In this document: piece by piece, positions 47,938-58,800 of the stretch
How positions within the stretch are numbered: the first letter of the stretch is position 1
Layout of the letters: the number at the start of each line of letters is the position of its first letter
Source of the DNA: a bacterium
GTDB taxonomy: Bacteria > Hinthialibacterota > Hinthialibacteria > Hinthialibacterales > Hinthialibacteraceae
Reading direction: 5' to 3'
DNA: 64,000 bases
Assembly (NCBI GenBank): GCA_963662285.2
Contig: CAXXMV010000008.1
Coordinates: 416,001 to 480,000, forward strand
Translations under genes and position numbers: made by a program
The notes under the pieces: generated by a model
Told to the model about the DNA's origin: nothing
Database searches by the model: none
What the model saw: only the letters and a program-made list of their open reading frames with translations

Positions 47938-48402
47938 ATGAAAAACAAGCATGATTTATATCAAAAAACTATTAAGCATATCGAGAGCCTGATTGAGGGG
48001 GAAAATGACCTTGTGTCAATCATGTCTACAGTGGTTTGTGAACTGCATCATAGTTTTAATTATTTCGATTGGACCGGCTTCTATCGACTGGTTGAGCATG
48101 ATTTACTGAAAATCGGGCCATATCAGGGTCAACATGGTTGTTTGCGCATCTCGCTGGACCGGGGAGTATGCGGCGCCGCCGCGCGTACGCGTCAAACCCA
48201 GTTAGTTCCTGATGTCAGGCAGTTTCCAGGGCATATTGCATGTTCATCGAGCACCCTATCAGAAATCGTGGTTCCAGTGCTTGATTCACGAGGCCAGCTG
48301 ATCGCCGTGCTGGATGTAGATTCCAACCAACTTAACAGTTTCGATGAGACTGATCAACAATTCCTGGAAAAACTCTGCGCTGATATAGGAGCGCGGGTTT
48401 AA
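47938..48402 (+). CDS. msrC: GAF-domain protein, free methionine-R-sulfoxide reductase-like
   Basis: WTGFY, GPYQG..GC-RI...GVCG, FPGHIAC, SEIVVP, VLDVDS. Confidence 0.87.
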   Translation: MKNKHDLYQKTIKHIESLIEGENDLVSIMSTVVCELHHSFNYFDWTGFYRLVEHDLLKIGPYQGQHGCLRISLDRGVCGAAARTRQTQLVPDVRQFPGHIACSSSTLSEIVVPVLDSRGQLIAVLDVDSNQLNSFDETDQQFLEKLCADIGARV

Positions 48403-48445
48403 AACTTATGGAATTACTTCGACTTATCACCTCATTTATAAATTA

Positions 48446-50164
48446 TTATTCAGCAGAGGCTGGCTTTCCCTGCCCTTCAATGATTTTCACTACTTTATCG
48501 ACGCCTTCAATAGAATAGTTTTCAGAGATTCCTGTAGGCCATAGAACAGTAATGGATTCAATATGGGATGCTTTTGCCAGACCAAACCTTAAGGTAAGTT
48601 CTGATTGGGATGCATATCCAAAACTGCCGCGATGATATTTCTTGATTTGCTTATCTTTGGTTTTAACTGTTACCCATGAACCCAAGGCGGTGCGATTGGA
48701 TGCCGTTCCAACCAGATCAATACCTATCCAGTGATTTCCTGAATCATTTTGATTTTCATATATGGTAGGAATATCATCCATGTTGCATACCACGATATCC
48801 TGATCGCCATCACCATCCAAATCACCGAAGGCGCAGCCACGGGATGAAAGTTTTGTTTGAAAGACGTCGCCAGCCTCTTTGGAAACATGCTTAAAATGAG
48901 CCTGACCGTCATTGAGGAACAGCTGATTGGTCTGTTTGTATCCTTCTTTAGCGTCCGTTTGATCTACCTGGGGAATCACATGCCCGTTGGCGATAAACAT
49001 ATCCAAATCGCCATCGAATTCCACATCCAGAAATAATATCGACCAACTTAATTTGTGGAAAGAATCGAAATACAGATTGGCTTCTTTCGTAGCATCAGAG
49101 AAGAAGCCATCGCCCTCATTCTTGTAGAAAGTATTGTAATCCTGGGCGTAATTCATAACCACAATATCTTCCTTACCGTCACCGGTAAGGTCGCCGCAAT
49201 CAACGCCCATGCCTGACTGGACGTCTCCCATTCCGCTGTAACTGACGCCCGCCACGATGCCGATCTCTTCAAAAGTACCGTCGCCATTATTTCGGAAAAG
49301 AAAATTGGGGAATTGATCGTTGGTTACATAGATATCAGGATTGCCATCTATATCATAGTCCATAAAGAACACGCCTAATCCATAAGCGTTTTCAACTTGC
49401 AGAATTCCGGATTCCTTACTGATGTCAGTGAAAGTTCCGTCTCCATTGTTGCGGTATAACAAATCTGATATGGGAATCAGCCCTTTGGGGCCGCAGTGTA
49501 CCGGGATTTCTCCGCCAATAGTGCAACTGGCCCGCTCGCCCCGCTTGGGAACTATTTCCAGACTGAAATCCAGGTAACGGGTAACATACAAATCCAAATC
49601 GCCATCCAGATCGAAATCGCCGAAAGCGCATCCCGCCGCCCAATTTTCCGATTGAACGCCAGCCTTTTGAGCAATATCGGTGAAGGTTCCATCGCCATTA
49701 TTTTGGTAAAAATGATTGGAACCCCAATTGGTAACATAAAGGTCCAGGTCGCCATCATTATCGAAGTCGGCGGCTGAGCAGCCAATCCCCCATCCGATGC
49801 TGCCTAATCCAGCGGCTTGGGTTATATCGGTAAATTTCCAGTCGCCATCATTACGATAGAAGCGGTCAGTGGGATGCTCATCCTCCGGTTTCAGATCGAG
49901 GTAAGAGGCATTGACCATGTAGATATCCAAATCGCCGTCATTGTCATAGTCGAACAAAGCGACTCCCGATCCATTTACCTCAATTATGTAATCTTTGTCT
50001 TTCACGCCTGAGTCATAGCGGAATTTCAAATTCGCTTTGGAACTGGCATCAATAAAATGGGGAATATACATATCTTCAGCTGACAAAGCAGTATTGATAA
50101 GAGAAATCAATAAAGAAAATAAAATCAAGCACGGAAAGCCAGTTTTTTTTATATATAGAGTCAT
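48446..50164 (-). CDS. CRTAC1 / ASPIC-UnbV family FG-GAP repeat protein
   Basis: Repeated DYDNDGDLD/NNGDGTF-D; C-terminal SNR-ALG..FGL..V-WP-G. Confidence 0.92.
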   Translation of the reverse strand: MTLYIKKTGFPCLILFSLLISLINTALSAEDMYIPHFIDASSKANLKFRYDSGVKDKDYIIEVNGSGVALFDYDNDGDLDIYMVNASYLDLKPEDEHPTDRFYRNDGDWKFTDITQAAGLGSIGWGIGCSAADFDNDGDLDLYVTNWGSNHFYQNNGDGTFTDIAQKAGVQSENWAAGCAFGDFDLDGDLDLYVTRYLDFSLEIVPKRGERASCTIGGEIPVHCGPKGLIPISDLLYRNNGDGTFTDISKESGILQVENAYGLGVFFMDYDIDGNPDIYVTNDQFPNFLFRNNGDGTFEEIGIVAGVSYSGMGDVQSGMGVDCGDLTGDGKEDIVVMNYAQDYNTFYKNEGDGFFSDATKEANLYFDSFHKLSWSILFLDVEFDGDLDMFIANGHVIPQVDQTDAKEGYKQTNQLFLNDGQAHFKHVSKEAGDVFQTKLSSRGCAFGDLDGDGDQDIVVCNMDDIPTIYENQNDSGNHWIGIDLVGTASNRTALGSWVTVKTKDKQIKKYHRGSFGYASQSELTLRFGLAKASHIESITVLWPTGISENYSIEGVDKVVKIIEGQGKPASAE

Positions 50165-50166
50165 AA

Positions 50167-52251
50167 TTATTCTTGGGGAGAGAGTTCTAAATGAGCCAGC
50201 GTTTCTTTGATCTCTTTATCGTAATTCCTTTGATTATTTTTATATGATTTAACTATGCGAATCTGGCTTAATCTCTGAAAAACATATTCAGGCGCAGTCA
50301 TTAATTCAATAATTTTCTGGTTTATATCTATTCGATTCTGATCGGCTTCAGAAGCCAGTTGAGCGTATTGCAAGGCAATTTCCAGTTCACCAATACCAGC
50401 ATAGATATCAGATAATTCCAGCAATACCGGGATGGATTCAGGCCATATAAGGCGATGAGTTTGCATAACTTTTTGTTGAATCTTCTTTAAAGCCTGCTTG
50501 ATTATTGATGCCGATTGAGCCAAATCACCGCTATTTTCAGAATGATTAACTTTAGCTAGAGCAGATCGAGCGGCAACGGTCAGCATAGCGGGAAGATCTG
50601 GATGATCTTCCAGAGTTTGTTTAAATAATAACTGGGCTTGATCTTTCTGATCAAGACGCGCCAAATATTCAATCCTGGATAAGGTTGTCTTTATATGCTT
50701 GTAATCTTGGGGCAGACTTTCAAAATATTTTCCAGCCTGCAAGATATCGCCTATTTCCATAAAGGCCCGCGCCAAAGTAGCCCTAATCTCCGTAGACTCA
50801 GTTTTTATCGACTTAAGATAAGAGATGGCCTGAGTCGCATCACCGATTATTTCCAGATAAGAAGAACCTATCATCGATTGCAGCGACTGTTTCAATGAGT
50901 TATCAGCTGAATGGGCTTCAAGTAATTCTATGGCATCATTGATTTTCCCCTGCCGTAAGTATGATTGAGCCAGATCGAGGCAGACCTGGCTTTTCTCGGC
51001 AGTAGATACTTTGGGCATCAGATCACATAAGATTTTTTCAGCGCGGCATGCCTGATGAGTAGTGATATAAAATTTGGCTAAATTATTTTGAGCGGAAGTC
51101 GAATCAGGGACAATCTGACAGGCTTTCAGAAATAAACTCTCCGAATCACGGAATTTACCTATCAGGTTAAGGGAAAGGGAACGCAAGCGGGCATGTTCAA
51201 CTACGTCTCCCTTTCGCCATAGATATGAGGCTTCAATATCCGGCAGATAGATTTTTTCGATCTTTTGCCTGATCTTTTGAACCTGTTTGAAACCTTTTAT
51301 CTTTCTCTGACGGGCTAATGCCTGTTCGAGAAGAGACATGGTTTTGGCATCATAGGGATAAGTAGATAGTATCTCAACAAAAACAGCGGCGGCTTTATCG
51401 AATTGACGAAGTTTGGAATAACATAATCCAGTCAATTGTTTGGCGTCCTGCCAGTTTTTATAAGTTTCAGGGATTTTCAATAAAGCGTTAATAGCTTTTT
51501 CAAATTCCCCAAGTTCCTGCAAAGCTTTGGCTCGCGCATAGAGTATGGATGGATCATCGGGAGAAACGATAGTTTGGAGTTGATCTATCAATTTTATGGC
51601 TTTATCTGCTTGATTATATTGAATATAAGAATTTATAGCCTGTAGCATCAGGATTGAATCTTTACTGTGATGATCAACTATGATTTCACAAAGAGATAAT
51701 GCCTGGTCGCGGTCATCCAACAAATTCAAGACATTTAAGTAACGAAACAGTTTGCCGGGATTCTGGGGATTGGATTTATAAACATTTTCGAAATATACTC
51801 GTGCTTCCTTAGGTCGATCCATCTGAAGAGTAATATTTCCCAGAATTTCCTGAACAACCATATCATTTGGATTTTTATTAAGCCATGAAATAGCCGCATT
51901 TCTTGCGGAATCCAGTCGACCGACTGAAGAACTGTATTTGATGCGTAAATGAGCGCGTTCGGTGATAATTGGTGAAGGAATTTCCATTACCAGCATCAAA
52001 CCGACCATGGAATCCATATATTGTTCGATCAAATGGTGATTCCCACGCTCGCCTTCTTGCTGAACCTTAGCGTTCAGTTCCATCAACTTGCGTTGATTAA
52101 CCTCTTGATTTGAATCTACTTGAGAATAAGCGGCATAATTAATAGTTAAAAGCCCAAGTAATACAATAAGAGATATACGTGAAGAATTAATTAGTATAAA
52201 CATGTCAAACCGTTGATTAATTATGGGATTTACATAGATATTCCTAAACAC
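50167..52251 (-). CDS. Tetratricopeptide repeat protein, probably secreted
   Basis: Many TPR-like helical repeats; signal peptide if started at MFILINSS; abuts the CRTAC1 gene. Confidence 0.8.
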   Translation of the reverse strand: MFRNIYVNPIINQRFDMFILINSSRISLIVLLGLLTINYAAYSQVDSNQEVNQRKLMELNAKVQQEGERGNHHLIEQYMDSMVGLMLVMEIPSPIITERAHLRIKYSSSVGRLDSARNAAISWLNKNPNDMVVQEILGNITLQMDRPKEARVYFENVYKSNPQNPGKLFRYLNVLNLLDDRDQALSLCEIIVDHHSKDSILMLQAINSYIQYNQADKAIKLIDQLQTIVSPDDPSILYARAKALQELGEFEKAINALLKIPETYKNWQDAKQLTGLCYSKLRQFDKAAAVFVEILSTYPYDAKTMSLLEQALARQRKIKGFKQVQKIRQKIEKIYLPDIEASYLWRKGDVVEHARLRSLSLNLIGKFRDSESLFLKACQIVPDSTSAQNNLAKFYITTHQACRAEKILCDLMPKVSTAEKSQVCLDLAQSYLRQGKINDAIELLEAHSADNSLKQSLQSMIGSSYLEIIGDATQAISYLKSIKTESTEIRATLARAFMEIGDILQAGKYFESLPQDYKHIKTTLSRIEYLARLDQKDQAQLLFKQTLEDHPDLPAMLTVAARSALAKVNHSENSGDLAQSASIIKQALKKIQQKVMQTHRLIWPESIPVLLELSDIYAGIGELEIALQYAQLASEADQNRIDINQKIIELMTAPEYVFQRLSQIRIVKSYKNNQRNYDKEIKETLAHLELSPQE

Positions 52252-52469
52252 ATAACCGATAAACCGAGTAAATAAGTTGCAATCTATTATCCAAATAAAC
52301 TACTCAATGTCAATAAATTAATCCTCATAAAATTACACTAAAAAGGATGAAATAACAATTAGTAAAAAAGAATCGATACAAAATGTATTTTTTCTCTTGA
52401 CTTTGTTGAATGTTTCCTTGAAAATTAAATAGTTTCATTAATATCTTCGCAAATAGGGGAGGAAATTTT

Positions 52470-53384
52470 ATGAAAAGTTGGAAATTTATCTTATCTCTAG
52501 CATTATGCATTATAGCAGCCCCTGCTTTTTCGATTGAATTGCAGCAGGGAGTCAATGGTTACGAAGGCACAGCAGATACCCATATCGTATCCTGGGATGG
52601 AAATCAGAACCAGTTAATCCGTTTGGCAGATGGATCAAATGGCGGTAATGGCAGCGGTACGGCCACAACCGGCGGCGATCCGCAGAATGCTGGCGGCCAT
52701 AATTTCCTTGAAGAAGGCGACTATGGAGATCCTGCTCCTTTGTATGAAGACAGCAAGTGCATCCTGATCAAGTTTGATCTGACCAACATTTCTGGTAATG
52801 TTTCAAGCGCCAAAATCGGACTGTATTACTGGTATGAACGCAGTACTGGCAGCGACGCTACTGAATTAAGCGGCACCAAAAAAGCAGCTCATGCGCTTTA
52901 TGTAAATCGCATCTTGAAGGATTGGGCTGAAGGCGATACGAATACAGGCGTTGACGGATCAGACGCTCCTGATAACAGCGGTCTTGTATCATGGAACTCA
53001 ACTGGTTATGAACTATGGCAGGCGATGGGTGTTGAAGGCCCGGAAGATATCGCTCCGACCGAAAGCACAACCCAATTTGATCCAGCCGTTGGTGGATGGA
53101 CCTGGTTTGACGTAACTGAAAGCGTAAAGTTCTGGTTAGCGAATCCAGACAAGAACTTTGGAGTAAAGATTGGCCAGGAAGAATATCCTGTGAATGCCAA
53201 AGCGCCGGATCTTACATTACCTGATGGAACTGTAGTTTATTCCGCAGGACCGACGGATACCCCAACTGGTTTCCAAGCTGGCGCTCATGACTTTGTTTCC
53301 AGCGAAAACTCTATGGTCGATTTACGACCGAAGTTAGTTATTGAAGGCGCCTCAAACGCCATCGATTGGGAACTGATGAAATAA
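52470..53384 (+). CDS. Secreted DNRLRE-domain-like protein with DWELMK tail
   Basis: Signal peptide; LQQGVNGYEGTADT, LIKFDL, W-EG, W..FDVT..V..W...N-G, SSEN...RPKLVI. Confidence 0.82.
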   Translation: MKSWKFILSLALCIIAAPAFSIELQQGVNGYEGTADTHIVSWDGNQNQLIRLADGSNGGNGSGTATTGGDPQNAGGHNFLEEGDYGDPAPLYEDSKCILIKFDLTNISGNVSSAKIGLYYWYERSTGSDATELSGTKKAAHALYVNRILKDWAEGDTNTGVDGSDAPDNSGLVSWNSTGYELWQAMGVEGPEDIAPTESTTQFDPAVGGWTWFDVTESVKFWLANPDKNFGVKIGQEEYPVNAKAPDLTLPDGTVVYSAGPTDTPTGFQAGAHDFVSSENSMVDLRPKLVIEGASNAIDWELMK

Positions 53385-53408
53385 GCCATTCTCTTTAATG
53401 TTATAATC

Positions 53409-53444
53409 AAAAAGCCTGGGATGGATATATCCCAGGCTTTTTTT
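53409..53444 (+). terminator. Rho-independent terminator
   Basis: AAAAAGCCTGGGAT..ATCCCAGGCTTTTTTT. Confidence 0.85.
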
Positions 53445-53815
53445 ATTACTTCTCAGCAATAATTTATGAAAAAAAAACTAAAACGCCCCTAATCTATTCC
53501 AACATTGAGAAAGAATTTAAGAGGAAAACAAAACCAAAGATTCCAAAACGTATACAGTTTTATCAATAGATATAGTTATAAAAGGCATTATTCAATCCCA
53601 AATCTATTTTTTATATAAAAAGGCGTAAAAAGATGAGTATTTTCCTCCCCCATCCATTGACCTAAGATTCGATTGTATTAGATAATAGGAAACATTACAT
53701 GCGGAACTCGTCTTATACCCGGTTAGGCAACATAAATTTATTCTATAGGGTAATTTGAGTATCCGCGCCAATAATGGATTATCTTAATCCATTAAATAGA
53801 TAGGGGAGATAACAT

Positions 53816-55198
53816 ATGAAAAAAGGATTTAAAGTATTCGGGATTCTGGCTTGCATGATACTGCTAGTTGGATCAGGGGCGATGGCGCAAGTAGGCGTCT
53901 TCGAAAACACGGTAACGCTGGATGCCGCAAATGATACTACTGCCGTTCCCGGCAGTATTACATTGGATGGCGGAACGTACACGATCCAGGGTAACGGAGC
54001 AGACATCTGGGGAACAGGCGATGAAGCTTTCTTCGCTTACACAGAACTAGCTGGTTCCAACACCATAACTGCCAAAGTCAAATGGATTCAGGCTAAAGGC
54101 GATGCAGCAGGTGGAAGCGACTGGGCTAAAATAGGCGTCATGGTTCGTGATGCTGCTGAAGATCCTGCATCAGCGCATTATTGGATCGAATTGCGTTGCG
54201 GCGCTGGCGATCCAGCCCTAGGCGACCAAACAGACGCTCAGTGGCGTCCCACAGCCGGATCATCATCCAGCAATGTTGAAGTTTTGCAAACTGATGGTTC
54301 TAAACTTGCTTCTCCTGATGGCGTATGGCTTCGCGTAACCCGTAATGCAGCAACCAACGAGATGACATCCGAATTTTCGATGGATGGAAAGAATTGGAAT
54401 TTTGGCGACACTCAGACAATTGAAATGAGTGAAACAGCAGCCTATGGTTTGATCATTACATCTCACACCAATGATGATCAGATCGTTATCGCTGAAGCCA
54501 GTGATGTTGCTATCACACAAAGCAATGTAGGCGTCTTCGATCATACCGTAACACTGGATGCCGAAAATAGTACTACTGCCGAAATTGGCAGTATCTCATT
54601 GATTGGCGACACATACACAATCCAGGGTAACGGAGCAGACATCTGGGGCACAGGCGATGAAGCGTTCTTCGCTTACACTGAACTGGCTGGCTCCAACACT
54701 ATCAGCGCTAAAGTCAAATGGATTCAGACTAAAGGCGATGCAGCCGGTGGAAGCGACTGGGCTAAGATTGGCGTTATGGTCCGTGATACTGCAACAGATC
54801 CTGGCTCAACACATTATTGGATCGAAATGCGCGGCGGCGCCGGCGATCCAGCTACTGGCGACCAGACAGATGCTCAGTGGCGTGATGTAGCTGACGCCGA
54901 TTCCGGTAATGTTGAAATATTACAAGCCGACGGTTCTAAACTTGCTGCGGCTGATGGCGTATGGCTTCGCGTAACCCGTAATGCAGAAAACAACGAACTC
55001 ACTTCCGAATATTCCATGGATGGAGCAGATTGGATTTTTGCTAACTCCAGAACTATCGAAATGAGTGAAACAGTTGCGTATGGTTTGATCATTACCTCTC
55101 ACACCAATGATGATCAGATCGTTATTGCTGAAGCTACTGATGTTTCTTTAGAAGAAGCTGTTATTTCTTCAACGGATAACTGGGAACTGTTCCGGTAA
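53816..55198 (+). CDS. Secreted protein with two tandem ConA/DUF1349-like beta-sandwich domains and NWELFR tail
   Basis: Signal peptide; two copies of G-GADIWGTGDE..FAY, WAKIGVMVR, WLRVTR, YGL-ITSH. Confidence 0.85.
   Translation: MKKGFKVFGILACMILLVGSGAMAQVGVFENTVTLDAANDTTAVPGSITLDGGTYTIQGNGADIWGTGDEAFFAYTELAGSNTITAKVKWIQAKGDAAGGSDWAKIGVMVRDAAEDPASAHYWIELRCGAGDPALGDQTDAQWRPTAGSSSSNVEVLQTDGSKLASPDGVWLRVTRNAATNEMTSEFSMDGKNWNFGDTQTIEMSETAAYGLIITSHTNDDQIVIAEASDVAITQSNVGVFDHTVTLDAENSTTAEIGSISLIGDTYTIQGNGADIWGTGDEAFFAYTELAGSNTISAKVKWIQTKGDAAGGSDWAKIGVMVRDTATDPGSTHYWIEMRGGAGDPATGDQTDAQWRDVADADSGNVEILQADGSKLAAADGVWLRVTRNAENNELTSEYSMDGADWIFANSRTIEMSETVAYGLIITSHTNDDQIVIAEATDVSLEEAVISSTDNWELFR
53891..55144 (+). 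repeat. Intragenic tandem duplication, 636-bp period
   Basis: gtaggcgtcttcga at 53891 and 54527; long near-identical stretches thereafter. Confidence 0.9.
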
Positions 55199-55232
55199 TC
55201 TAAGCAATAGCGTATTTCTTAATAGCATCACC

Positions 55233-55262
55233 ACGGCCCGGATTCTTCCGGGCCGTTTTTTT
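55233..55262 (+). terminator. Rho-independent terminator
   Basis: ACGGCCCGGA-TTCT-TCCGGGCCGT-TTTTTT. Confidence 0.85.
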
Positions 55263-55316
55263 ATTTTGGATAGATGTTTTTGAGAGTATTTAGGACACTT
55301 AGGTCTTTGATTTTTT

Positions 55317-55350
55317 CCCCTCACCCTAGCCCTCTCCCGGCGGGCTGATC
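55317..55350. repeat. REP-like element, C-rich/G-rich family, copy 5
   Basis: cccctcaccctagccctctcccggcgggctgatc; shares the gggctgatc end with the 21263 copy. Confidence 0.55.
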
Positions 55351-55399
55351 CCCGTACACAAATCAAAAGAGGAAAATGAAACGGGGAGCATAATAGAAT

Positions 55400-55724
55400 G
55401 GGGAGCATCGGCTTCTAGCCGGTGCGTCAAATAGAATAGAATGAGCCCCATTACGCATAATCATTTCCATGGAAATAGGGGGATGAAAAATGAATAACCG
55501 ATTTGTGTTGTGAAGCCGGATCACGTGCACATACTCCTTACGCTATTAGAAATTCCAAACCTTGGATATCATTCGATCACAACAATACTTCATAGCATTA
55601 AAAGTAATTCATCAATAAAAGCAAACTGGTTAGGAAGGGATTGGTTGAAATTGTGGAAAAGTTTCCTTTTTTGTGTGAAGAGAACCGACGGGATTGGCGT
55701 ACCGGCTAGAAGCCGATGCTCCCC
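55400..55724 (+). mobile_element. Decayed REP-associated tyrosine transposase (RAYT/IS200-like) remnant inside 31-bp inverted repeats
   Basis: IRs 55400..55430 and 55694..55724 (2 mismatches); internal frame VVKPDHVHILL...ILHSIKSNS matches the HUH motif region of Y1 transposases. Confidence 0.75.
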
Positions 55725-55879
55725 TGTTTGATGCTCTCTGGTTATTGATAGAGTGTTTTTTCAGTTTATCAGAGGTAGGTGTATTGCCACTGCTTCAATT
55801 TCACAACAATATGTACGGAGAGTAGCCCTCCGAGAGAGAGGACTTGATTATCCAATGTTATTTATTGGACATATTAGGA

Positions 55880-58800
55880 TCATCTGGTTTCGCGGATGAC
55901 GCGGAAGCCTACATTATATACCGGCAGGAATTTATGGTAATAGACTTTATGATTTGAACTGGCAAATTTGGGACGGTCATACCATGAGCCGCCTTTGACA
56001 ACTTTTCTGTCATTCATTTCATTAGCCGTTGAGCTTGTCCATTCCGCCGCATTGCCATGCATATCATAGAGTCCCCAGGGATTGGGCTGATATGTTCCAA
56101 CTGGAGCAGATACGCGATATTGATCGTTATAGGAGCTTATGGCAGGTCTCCATGTGGGGATAGCGCCTGAGGGCAACCCCCAGCCGAAGGTATCTACTTT
56201 ATGGAATGATGCATCAGCTAGATTGGCGTATTTGGAGAAATCCACTGTATGACCGCCATACCACATGGCGGAGTCCGATCCCGCACGGCATGCATATTCC
56301 CACTGGGCTTCATCGGGTAGAGTGAAATGCTCGCCCGTTTTTTCCGACAACCAGCGGCAAAAAGCCATAGCATCATTCCATGATACGCGCACTACCGGCT
56401 GACGAGTGGTGTTGAGAGGATAGCCGCGCTCCTCAATGCTGAATTGTAAAAAGTCTCCATGTTCCAAGCGGCTGTCATGGGATGGATCGAACAACTGATA
56501 TTGCTGGTTGGTTATTTCATAAGCGCTTATCCAGTAGGGATCATTAATTCTCACGGTTGGTTTATCAGACGCCGATGCAAATTCACCTGAGGGAATCAGC
56601 ATCATCGGCATATCAATACCTTCACCCAGATCAATAGCGTCCTGATAATCGCCTAGTGAAGCCTGACGCGCCCTGGCTTGTTGCTGGTTGAATGACCAAG
56701 CATTAGTAGACTGCTTTATTGCAGGAATTCCTCTGGGATGCGGCGGCGTTGAATTATCCATTATCAGCGCAGGTTGGTTAATTTCTTCAGGGTCTTCGTC
56801 AATATTGGCGTATTGCTTTAACATGGCCAGCCGACGGTCGCGCTGATGAAACACATTCTGGTCGCCTACGATTTCCCGCCATGTTCCATGAGCTGGAGTG
56901 TTCAAGTCGATCCAGGTAATCAAACGATCCCAGGCTTCTGCGCTTAAATCGACGTCATGATGACCTTGGCTTAACATCTGAACCAATTGAGTGCTGTCCG
57001 CATGAAACTCTCCGGGAGGCAATAAATGTAGATCGCTCTCAATGGTCGGCGCACGAACATAGCGCCGTAATGCTATGTAAGACGGAGGGAATTTTGTTCC
57101 ATTATTGTAGGTAGCATTACCCCCTTTAGGGTGAACCGATGGGAGAGAGCGAAAATCAGGCGTCTCCATTTCCGGAAGCGAGGTTCCATCATGGCATCTA
57201 ATGCAATATTTATCCAAAACAGGCTGAACCTCTCTGATAAAGGAGAAACCGCGGGTGGGGCCGTACCAAGGCTGTATCTGTGAAGGCTGGCGCTGAAGAG
57301 CCAGGGCTGACATAACTGGAGGAGCGGTGTTTTGTTGTTCATGGCAACCGACGCAGGTCAGAATTTCTCCCGGCATGGCGGTCATCCAGCTGCGCATCAG
57401 TTGCAAGGCTTTGCCTTCTTCATCCAAAGGTTGCAGTGAAATAGGCGTATTGGCGGGGACCGAAAAATAGGCCGAGCCATCCTCTTCCACAGGAACTTCA
57501 CCGATGACTCTTTTTATATCCCAGGGACCATCCAGACCTACGCGGCTTATCTGGCCGCCCATGCCATGATAAGCGAAATGATAGGTGAACAGACGTAGTT
57601 TCTTGACTGTACCTTGCGGGACGCCTTTAAGACCGCCGCCTTTATATATATCTGTAAAATAGACCAGCGCATCCTTACGTTCAGGTTGTACTTTACTTGG
57701 AATAACTGGTGGAGCCGGTATTTTCTTAAACGGGATAGGCTCCAGCAAGGCGTAATCTTCAAGTTCCTTGATCAGCGTCATATTATCAAAGACATCGACC
57801 AGATAAATCCCCCAATTGGCGCCGGGCGATGGTTTACATGAAGTGATAATGTACTTGTCGCTCAGCGGCCAGGGGTGCAGAAATTTTGGCCAGCTTTTTT
57901 TGATAAGATCGTCTTGAATTATCGGCGCCACTTTCACGCCGCGACCGGGAATGCGCTGAATCACGCCATCCGCTTCACGGCGGCCTTTAGCGGGATCGAA
58001 GAGCACCAATTCACCCATGCGCGGTTCGTCGTGATGACCTCCGATTACGGCGACGAATTTGGTTGGATGATTGGGAACCGGCCTGGCGTAGAACATTGAG
58101 TTAGGCCAATAGGAGTTGCTGCCGTAATACTCCATTTGGCTGGTTCCATCAGGATTCATGTGGAAAAGTATGCGCGAGACGAAATGGGGGATGTCAGAAT
58201 ATTCCCAGCGTAAATATAGAATCCGGCCATTATTCAATACAGTCGGACACCAGTCATGATCCTGTTCAAAAGTCAAACGCCTGATATTATTGGTCTGCAA
58301 ATCAAACAGATACATGTTAGATACATGAGCCGATCCCGATACGCATGGCACCCCGATGAATGGCGCGGTTGAGGTGAAGATAATATTTCCGTCAGGTAAG
58401 TAACATGCGTCATAATTATCCACATCGGGCTGCTCTATCAGTGATAATTGCCGGATGTCCCGTCCATCAGCGCTCAATTCAAAAATCTGCCAGCGTCCAT
58501 TGTCGCCCGGCATAGAGAAAAGCATACGGTCCGCATCAAAATCCAGATCGATATCTCCCACGAAGCGGTCTTTTTCCGGCTTGAATAATGTGGTTAGTTG
58601 TCCTGATGGAGATAATGGGGAAAGAAGAACGATTTGATTATGGTAGCCCTGTTGGGGGATGCTGGAATTACTTTCCCAGTTCATGGGTAATCCCAGTTTT
58701 TCGCCGTCCCGCTTAATCATGAGTAATTGCTCGAAATCAATCAACGGATTAGCGAGCAGCGCCTGACGCTGAAATTGGAGGATAGCATCCGCCTGTTGAA

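Noticed and set aside
55510-55731. Functional 73-aa protein
   Set aside because: Fragment of a decayed transposase that reads into the right inverted repeat
55880-56010. FGE-sulfatase C-terminus as a diversity-generating retroelement variable repeat
   Set aside because: No template-repeat copy and no reverse transcriptase seen in this window
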